Shown piece by piece: positions 46,729 through 52,953 of a DNA stretch of 52,953 nt. The notes under the pieces were generated by a model, which saw only the letters and a list, made by a program, of their open reading frames with translations, ran no database searches and was not told where the DNA came from. How positions within the stretch are numbered: position 1 is the stretch's first letter; every line of letters starts with the position of its first letter. The position numbers and the translations under genes are program-made. This DNA is from a virus (Duplodnaviria > Caudoviricetes), in the IMG/VR virus record IMGVR_UViG_3300043436_004091, positions 1 through 52,953 of that record, one strand, 5' to 3'.

Positions 46729-47773
46729 TCCATCTCAAATCCAATCCACGCTAGAGAACATTGGTTACTCTTTAGTTGATTTCGGAAATCACTGGAGAAC
46801 CAATGCTATATATCGAGGAGGAGACAATAAAATGTCTGTTCGTATTTATAAGAATACAGGCGTATGGACAGACTTTGTAAATAATGGAAAAGCTTTCCCA
46901 TTCGAAAAACTTTTGCAACTTACAGTTGGTGGTGATTCTAAAAAACTAAAAGAAATAACATCCTCTCTGAATAAGAGCGATGAATTCGTATACACTCAAA
47001 AACAAACTATTGAAATGGAAGAAATTTATCCAAAAGAAATTCTACAGAAGCTATTCCCAAATTACAATTTTTACACTAAAAAAGGTATCTCAGAAGATAC
47101 TCTGAAATTCTTTAAAACTGGATTGGCTGGTGCTGGAAAAATGTATCGCAGAATGGTATTTCCCATCTTTAATGAACATGAACAAATTATTGGATTTAGT
47201 GGTCGCAAAATTGACGAGGGTAATGATCAATCTCCTAAGTGGAAGCATTTGGGCAAGCGAAAGAATTGGGTGTATCCAGCTTATCTACCCAATGAGTCCT
47301 CTGTTGATTCAGTGATCAAGCAAAAGCAGGAAGTCATTCTAGTCGAGAGTATTGGCGACAGCATGGCTTTATTTGATTCTGGCATTAAGAATAGTTTAGT
47401 TACGTTTGGCATTGGATGTAGCTCATCTATTATCAGTTATCTAAATTCTGCACCTATCAAGAAAATCACAATTGCCACAAACAATGATTTCAGATCATCT
47501 GCGAATCATGGTTACAATGGAGCTATCAAGATTCTAATGGCTCTGCGTCTTTACTTTGATTTCGATTGCATCGAAATTAAAATGCCTCCCGATGGATACA
47601 ATGACTTATTTGAAGCGCATCAAGCTGGACATAATCTAGAAAGCTGGTATAATAAGGAAGTCGATAAAAAGGAGTATTTGGAAAGTTTACATTCATACGT
47701 TAAGAAATATATGAACTTGTTCAAACAAAAAGATGCTGCATCCCTGATCAAGTTAATTGAAAATTATGAGTAG
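46697..47773 (+). CDS. dnaG: DnaG-like primase with divergent TOPRIM and no zinc ligands
   Basis: RMVFPI...IIGFSGR...PKWKH, ILVESIGD, IATNND, NDL; follows the helicase. Confidence 0.8.
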   Translation: MTTTQSQTSVDPSQIQSTLENIGYSLVDFGNHWRTNAIYRGGDNKMSVRIYKNTGVWTDFVNNGKAFPFEKLLQLTVGGDSKKLKEITSSLNKSDEFVYTQKQTIEMEEIYPKEILQKLFPNYNFYTKKGISEDTLKFFKTGLAGAGKMYRRMVFPIFNEHEQIIGFSGRKIDEGNDQSPKWKHLGKRKNWVYPAYLPNESSVDSVIKQKQEVILVESIGDSMALFDSGIKNSLVTFGIGCSSSIISYLNSAPIKKITIATNNDFRSSANHGYNGAIKILMALRLYFDFDCIEIKMPPDGYNDLFEAHQAGHNLESWYNKEVDKKEYLESLHSYVKKYMNLFKQKDAASLIKLIENYE

Positions 47774-48857
47774 TCCAAAAACACCTCTGTCCGCTAGTAG
47801 AATCAAAACTGCGCAATCTTGCAGCTGGTTGTATTGGTGCAAATATGTTCTTCAGTTGCCAGATGCATCCAATGATGGAGCTAAAAGAGGTAGTATATGC
47901 CACTTAGTTTTCGAGTTGTTGGGCGAGCCTCGTAGAAAGAATACATATCAGAAAATCATCGAAGAAGAAGATATCTTCGCCGTTGAATCTGTGAAACGGT
48001 TGGTTCTAAAACATGCAAAGAAATCTGGCGTCGATGATGAAGAGAATATTGAGATGATCAAGGAAATGACTCTGAATGGTTTGGAGTATGATTTCTACGG
48101 AGAAAACTCCGATACCCCGACAGAAGCTATTTCGGAAAAAGACTTTGAGATTGTTCACGTTTCTGAATCAGAAGGAATCAAATATAAGATCAAGGGATTC
48201 ATCGATAAGTTGTTTTTGTACAAGAATAACAAGTCAGCTTTGATTCGAGACTTTAAAAGCAGCAAGCAAGTATTCAAGGGTAAAGAGATTTCTGATAATC
48301 TGCAAGATTATATGTATAGTTTGGCAGTTAAGCATTTGTATCCTGAATACGTCAATCGTCAAAGTGAGTTCTTGTTTCTCAAGTTTAATCTTGATGATAA
48401 AAAAGCAGCTAAGCTCAGATTCGGTCCAAATAGTCTAGTTGAGAAAAAGAAAGAAAAAGGTTCTGGCGTAGTATTGATGGAGCCTATTTCAGAAGATGAT
48501 CTTTCGGGTTTTGAGTATCAATTAACTGGGATGCAAACTTATCTAGATAATTTTTCCGAAAAAGATTCCCGTGGAAATCTTGCAGCTAAGCAACCGTTTC
48601 CCTCTGATAATTCATTCAGCGGACCATTGCAGTGTGGCTTTGCAAAAACAAAAGGTCAGCTTAAAAAAGACGGAACTCCCATGTGGCATTGTTTTGCGAA
48701 GTTTCCGTTTGATTATTTTGTGGTTCTCAACAAAGAGGGAAAGATATTAAAGTCTTATAATGAAGCCGACTTCGATCCATCTATTGTTGAAGAAAATCAA
48801 ACTTTTGAAAAGCGTCATTATCTTGGATGTCCAGCGTTCAATAGGCAAAATTATTGA
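47766..48857 (+). CDS. Cas4/RecB/AddB-like PD-(D/E)XK exonuclease
   Basis: LSASRI...C, GSICH, GFIDKL, RDFKSS, QDYMY, three C-terminal Cys. Confidence 0.82.
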   Translation: MSSPKTPLSASRIKTAQSCSWLYWCKYVLQLPDASNDGAKRGSICHLVFELLGEPRRKNTYQKIIEEEDIFAVESVKRLVLKHAKKSGVDDEENIEMIKEMTLNGLEYDFYGENSDTPTEAISEKDFEIVHVSESEGIKYKIKGFIDKLFLYKNNKSALIRDFKSSKQVFKGKEISDNLQDYMYSLAVKHLYPEYVNRQSEFLFLKFNLDDKKAAKLRFGPNSLVEKKKEKGSGVVLMEPISEDDLSGFEYQLTGMQTYLDNFSEKDSRGNLAAKQPFPSDNSFSGPLQCGFAKTKGQLKKDGTPMWHCFAKFPFDYFVVLNKEGKILKSYNEADFDPSIVEENQTFEKRHYLGCPAFNRQNY

Positions 48858-48872
48858 ACCCAAAATAAGCTA

Positions 48873-48901
48873 TTGACACGCGACATGATCATGAGTATGA
48901 T
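48873..48901 (+). promoter_or_regulatory. Sigma70-type promoter of the polymerase operon
   Basis: TTGACA-17 nt-TATGAT, 8 nt before ATG 48910. Confidence 0.75.
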
Positions 48902-48914
48902 GAATACTCATGAT
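48888..48914. promoter_or_regulatory. 11-bp perfect inverted repeat (candidate operator)
   Basis: ATCATGAGTAT-gatga-ATACTCATGAT overlapping the -10 box and start codon. Confidence 0.5.
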
Positions 48915-49647
48915 TCCTCTTTTTAAGTCGCACTACTCAATTGGCAAGAGTATTTTAACTCTTGATCATCCAGAAAAATCTAGGGATGATGGATCTGATA
49001 GCATATTCTCTATCGCTCAAGAAGAGTCTTTAGATACCATTTATTTGGTGGAAGATTCCATGATTGGATTTTTCGATGCATTTAAAAAGGCTAAAGAATT
49101 CGGTATCAAGCTTATTTTCGGTTATAGATTCACTTGTTGCACTGATGTCGATTCCGCTGATTCACATCATAAATTGATTGCTTTCGCTTTGAACGATCAG
49201 GGCTGCAAAGACTTAAATAAGTTTTACAGTCACATCAATACTGAATCTAATGGAGTCATCACTAACAGTGACCTGCTGCGCTTATGGACTGAGAATATGC
49301 TTTTGGCGGTGCCTTTTTATGATTCATTTATTTTCAAGAATCATCTCTCATTGAGCAATTGCACTCCAGACTTTAAGCATATCAAGCCAATCTTCTTTGT
49401 GGAAAGAAACAATCTTCCTTTTGATTCTTTGATTGAAGAAGCTGTTCGCAAGTATGCCTCTCAATCCGATTGCCAAGTTCAGCTTGCAAAGTCGATCTAT
49501 TACCGCTATAAATCAGACTATGAAGCTCTTCAAACCTACAAGGTTATCTGCAATCGATCCTTTGGGCGACAAGCTACACTATCGTGTCCAAACTTGAATC
49601 ACTTTGGAAGTGATGAATTCTGTTGGGAATCATTTAAAGAACAATGA
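48910..49647 (+). CDS. Stand-alone PHP domain of DNA polymerase III alpha (degenerate metal ligands)
   Basis: FKSHYSIGKSIL, KLIFG, HKLIAFALNDQGCKDLNK resemble the DnaE N-terminus. Confidence 0.8.
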   Translation: MIPLFKSHYSIGKSILTLDHPEKSRDDGSDSIFSIAQEESLDTIYLVEDSMIGFFDAFKKAKEFGIKLIFGYRFTCCTDVDSADSHHKLIAFALNDQGCKDLNKFYSHINTESNGVITNSDLLRLWTENMLLAVPFYDSFIFKNHLSLSNCTPDFKHIKPIFFVERNNLPFDSLIEEAVRKYASQSDCQVQLAKSIYYRYKSDYEALQTYKVICNRSFGRQATLSCPNLNHFGSDEFCWESFKEQ

Positions 49648-50276
49648 AAGAAGAACTACTAAGGTTCCAAAAGAACCAAAAATATTTGATCATCGACACA
49701 GAAACCGAGGGATTGAATTTAGTTAATTCTCGTCCTTGGCAATGCGCTTGGATTGCTACTCAAGGCAAGAATATTGTCGAGAAAAACAATCGATTCATTC
49801 AATGGGATAATTTAAACGTATCCGAAGGTGCCGCAAAAATTACTGGCTTTTCAGAAAGTGAGTATGAGCGTCGAGCCGAAGATCCACTGAAGGTTTGGCG
49901 CGATCTTTCAAAATATCTATTTGATCCTGACTATATCGTTATTGGTCAGAACATCTTGGGTTTTGATGTTTATATGTTGAATGTTTGGCTGAAAGGCATG
50001 AATAAAAACAGTGACTATTCATACCTGCCAAGAGTCATCGACACTAAATCCTTGTCTACCGCCATATTCAAAAACATTCTCCCAGATAAAAACAATTTCT
50101 TGTCTTGGCAATATAAGCTTTTGAATCACAAAGAAAAAGGTCTTAAAACTTCCCAAGCAAGCATGTTGAAGCATTACAATATTCCTCATGATCCAAAAAA
50201 GCTGCATGACGCTTTATACGATATTGAAATGACCTTTCAGATTTTCCTCAAACAAATTTACGACATTGAAGTATGA
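49644..50276 (+). CDS. DEDDh 3'-5' exonuclease (DnaQ/epsilon-like)
   Basis: IDTETEG, QNILGFD, IDT, HDALYD. Confidence 0.88.
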   Translation: MKEELLRFQKNQKYLIIDTETEGLNLVNSRPWQCAWIATQGKNIVEKNNRFIQWDNLNVSEGAAKITGFSESEYERRAEDPLKVWRDLSKYLFDPDYIVIGQNILGFDVYMLNVWLKGMNKNSDYSYLPRVIDTKSLSTAIFKNILPDKNNFLSWQYKLLNHKEKGLKTSQASMLKHYNIPHDPKKLHDALYDIEMTFQIFLKQIYDIEV

Positions 50277-52831
50277 AAGATTTATTCACTAATTACGAAA
50301 ACCCATTTCCTGCTGGCGTTAAACTGCCAAGCATTCACATCGAAAATAAATACTATCAATTGTTAGGTTGCAGTTCCGACATCAGCAATTTTAACTTCCT
50401 ACGTAAATTGTGTTTTTCTGGTGTGCAGAGTCGCGGCATTGATAAGCTTACAAACAAGCAGGAGTATTATGATCGTTTGTCTATGGAGCTTTCAGTTTTC
50501 CAAGAGCTTGGATTTGTTGATTATGTTCTTCTGAACTGGGATGTTCTTAAGTTCTGTCACGAATCAAATATCCCGACAGGTGCTGGTCGAGGAAGTGCTG
50601 CTGGATCTCTTGTTCTTTATGTGATCGGTGTGACAAACATTGATCCAATCAAATATGATCTTTTCTTCGAAAGATTTGTTTCCAAGAGTCGAGCAAGAAA
50701 GATCTTCTCTAATGGCGAAGAATTTCTAGATGGAACTCTAGCGCCAGACGTAGACAACGATATTAGTTATGATCGTCGCCAAGAAGTCATTGATTACATC
50801 AATCTAAAATACAAAGGCAAAACATCAAAGATCCTTACTCTCAATACTCTCAGCAGCAAGCTATGCATCAAGGAGTGTGGTAAAATTGTTGGCGAAATGT
50901 CAGAATCTTCTGTAAACGAAATCAGTGATACAATTCCCAAAAAGTTCGGAAAAGTTGCCAAGCTCAGTGACGCGTTTACAGAAAGTGAATCTTTCAAAGA
51001 GTTCGCGCTCAAGAATAAAAAGATTTATAGCATCGCAAAAAAACTCGAAGGCTTGACCAAGAACACTGGTGTTCATCCTTCTGGCATTGCTATCAGTTTC
51101 TACGAACTCGATGAGATCATGCCAATGCAAAACACTGGCGATGGATCTATGATGTCTGGATACGACATGAACAATGTTTCAGAGCTTACTGTCAAATTCG
51201 ATATTCTTGGATTGAGAACTCTATCTGTCGTGCATGACGTTTGCGCTCAGATCGGCATAAAGGCGTCTGACATCGACGTAGACGATCCCTCCATCTACGC
51301 AGCGTTACAGACTCTCAAAGCTCCCAGCGGACTCTTCCAAATCGAAGCTGACACCAATTTCAGAGTAGCTCAGAAAGTCGCTCCAAAAAATCTAGAACAG
51401 TTGTCTGCTGTGGTTGCTATTGCAAGACCAGGCGCTCTCGATTTCATGGATCGCTATGCTGATTATGCTCGCAATGGAGAGTTCCAATCTGTTCATCCAT
51501 TCTTCGACGACGTTCTCAGTTACACTGGAGGCATTCCTCTGTATCAAGAACAGTTGATGAAGATGGCAACCAAGGTGGGATTCAGTCTTGATGAGTCTGA
51601 GCAGTTGCGTCGAATTGTCGGCAAAAAGAAAGTCGATCAAATGGGAGCTTGGAAAGAAAAGATCCGCGAAAAGATTGCTGAAAACAATCTAGACTCTAAC
51701 ATCGCTGATATTCTTTGGAAAGTTGCAGAAGATTCTGCGAATTACAGCTTTAATAAAAGCCATAGTATTTCGTATGCTAATTTAGCAGCCATCACAGTTT
51801 ATCTGAAGTTTAATTATCCACAGCAGTTCTTTTTAAGTTTATTGAAATTTGCTCAATTTGAGCCTAATCCACACGAAGAAATTCACAAGATTACTCAGGA
51901 ACTGAGTCATTTCGATATCAAGCTTTTGCCGCCTGATCTTTCTAAGTCTCAAATTAATTTCTGTATCGAAGGAAAGAATATTCGTTACGGACTCAATACT
52001 ATCAAGGGTGTTTCCACCAAGGTTCTTGAATCTCTTCTCGAATTCAGAGAATCTGAATTTGCCAACAAGTACGAAGTATTCTTGGCTGCTAAACAGGTTG
52101 GTGTTAATATTGGTGTTCTTTCCGCTCTTATTCAGGCTGGAGTTCTTGACGCTTTCGTCGAGAAGGATCGATGCCGTGTTGTATTGGAAGCTCAAACATT
52201 CAATTCGTTGACTGATAGAGAGAAGAGAAATTTCGTAGCTATCGGTGAAAAGTATAACTTTGATATTCTGGAATCTATCAGTGCAGCAGTCAAAGACTCT
52301 TTAATTGGCGACGATAATAAAAAAATCTTTTCCGAAAAGAGGTTCCAAACATTTAAAAATAAATATTCTCCATACAAAGAAATCTATGAAAAGAATCGTA
52401 AGCACTTAAAGTTTGCCAATTGGCATTTTGAATCCAAGCTTTTGGGTTACAGTTATTCGCAGAACATTCGTGAGATTTTCAAGAACGAGATTGGCGGCGA
52501 CTTAGTATCTGCCAACACCATCACTGATCAGGAAAATAACAGTGTTGTTAGGTTCGTTGGAACCGTAAACGATGTAGTGTCTAGAACCAGCGCCAGTGGA
52601 AATAAATACGCAAGAATTGAAGCTGCGGACGAAACTGGTAATGTAACAGCTTTATTTTTAGATTCTGCTCGCGAAGCGAAATATTCTCTGCACGTTAAAT
52701 CTGGCAAGGCTATGCCCAAAAAGGGTAGTATTGTAATTTTAATCGGCAAAAAAAGCAACGATATTATGATCGTCGATAAATTATCCTTGCTTGAAGACAA
52801 AATCTATATGAAACTTTCGGAAGTGAAGTAA
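50273..52831 (+). CDS. dnaE: DNA polymerase III alpha subunit lacking the N-terminal PHP domain
   Basis: GRGSAAGS, FERF, PDVDND, HPSG, KFDILGL, YQEQ, FNKSH, C-terminal OB fold. Confidence 0.95.
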   Translation: MKDLFTNYENPFPAGVKLPSIHIENKYYQLLGCSSDISNFNFLRKLCFSGVQSRGIDKLTNKQEYYDRLSMELSVFQELGFVDYVLLNWDVLKFCHESNIPTGAGRGSAAGSLVLYVIGVTNIDPIKYDLFFERFVSKSRARKIFSNGEEFLDGTLAPDVDNDISYDRRQEVIDYINLKYKGKTSKILTLNTLSSKLCIKECGKIVGEMSESSVNEISDTIPKKFGKVAKLSDAFTESESFKEFALKNKKIYSIAKKLEGLTKNTGVHPSGIAISFYELDEIMPMQNTGDGSMMSGYDMNNVSELTVKFDILGLRTLSVVHDVCAQIGIKASDIDVDDPSIYAALQTLKAPSGLFQIEADTNFRVAQKVAPKNLEQLSAVVAIARPGALDFMDRYADYARNGEFQSVHPFFDDVLSYTGGIPLYQEQLMKMATKVGFSLDESEQLRRIVGKKKVDQMGAWKEKIREKIAENNLDSNIADILWKVAEDSANYSFNKSHSISYANLAAITVYLKFNYPQQFFLSLLKFAQFEPNPHEEIHKITQELSHFDIKLLPPDLSKSQINFCIEGKNIRYGLNTIKGVSTKVLESLLEFRESEFANKYEVFLAAKQVGVNIGVLSALIQAGVLDAFVEKDRCRVVLEAQTFNSLTDREKRNFVAIGEKYNFDILESISAAVKDSLIGDDNKKIFSEKRFQTFKNKYSPYKEIYEKNRKHLKFANWHFESKLLGYSYSQNIREIFKNEIGGDLVSANTITDQENNSVVRFVGTVNDVVSRTSASGNKYARIEAADETGNVTALFLDSAREAKYSLHVKSGKAMPKKGSIVILIGKKSNDIMIVDKLSLLEDKIYMKLSEVK

Positions 52832-52850
52832 TCTTTGCATAATTAATAAA

Positions 52851-52953
52851 ATGGACATCGAAAAAATCAATCTAACAGCCAGCGCATCTAAATCTATTAG
52901 TGGGTTGGAGTCTTTTGCTAAACAAAAGGGTCATAATATAATCAATCCAATTC
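52851..52953 (+). CDS. Partial ORF, possibly Clp ATPase N-terminal domain
   Basis: MDIEKINLTASASKSISGLESFAKQKGHNIINPI resembles the ClpN pattern T..A...L..A...A....H..I; truncated by window edge. Confidence 0.4.
   Translation, partial: MDIEKINLTASASKSISGLESFAKQKGHNIINPI

Noticed and set aside
47766-48857. CRISPR-Cas locus around the Cas4-like gene
   Set aside because: No cas1/cas2, effector genes or array nearby; the context is replication.
49630-49647. TTTAAAG slippery site fusing PHP to the exonuclease
   Set aside because: The heptamer is in the wrong phase (TTT AAA G) and the -1 frame has TAA at 49635.
229-52800. Many short antisense or alternate-frame ORFs in the track (e.g. 8255-8758, 11430-11840, 45430-45999)
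   Set aside because: They lie within well-supported genes, lack motifs, and look like shadow ORFs.
1-52953. Stop-codon reassignment, inteins or introns in terL, nrdA, dnaB, dnaE
   Set aside because: Genes are full-length and densely packed under code 11, with no intein or homing-endonuclease insertions visible.

Overview
A 53-kb segment of a large, AT-rich tailed dsDNA phage genome (Caudoviricetes, standard genetic code). No integrase, tRNA or CRISPR array was seen. In order, it holds: a sigma factor, packaging and head genes (ERCC4 nuclease, TerL, portal, protease/scaffold, major capsid); an inverted neck/tail-tube cassette; tail chaperones, a 2540-aa tape measure protein (TMP) and tail-tip genes; a minus-strand nucleotide/replication block (GT4, SSB, second sigma factor, dNMP kinase, dUTPase); a class Id-type ribonucleotide reductase; an AT-rich glycan-synthesis island (5 glycosyltransferases, 3 FkbM methyltransferases, GDP-mannose dehydratase); and a replication module (RecA, DnaB, primase, Cas4/RecB-like nuclease, DNA Pol III alpha split into PHP, exonuclease and polymerase genes). 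The best candidate for an undescribed system is in the TMP: two PD-(D/E)XK nuclease-like cassettes bounded by a repeated A(A/S)G(G)xIPNF linker, suggesting virion-delivered swappable effectors. A recurring GTGTAA promoter-like motif and near-leaderless sigma70-type promoters are also visible. All protein calls come from motif recognition and gene context; no database search was run.
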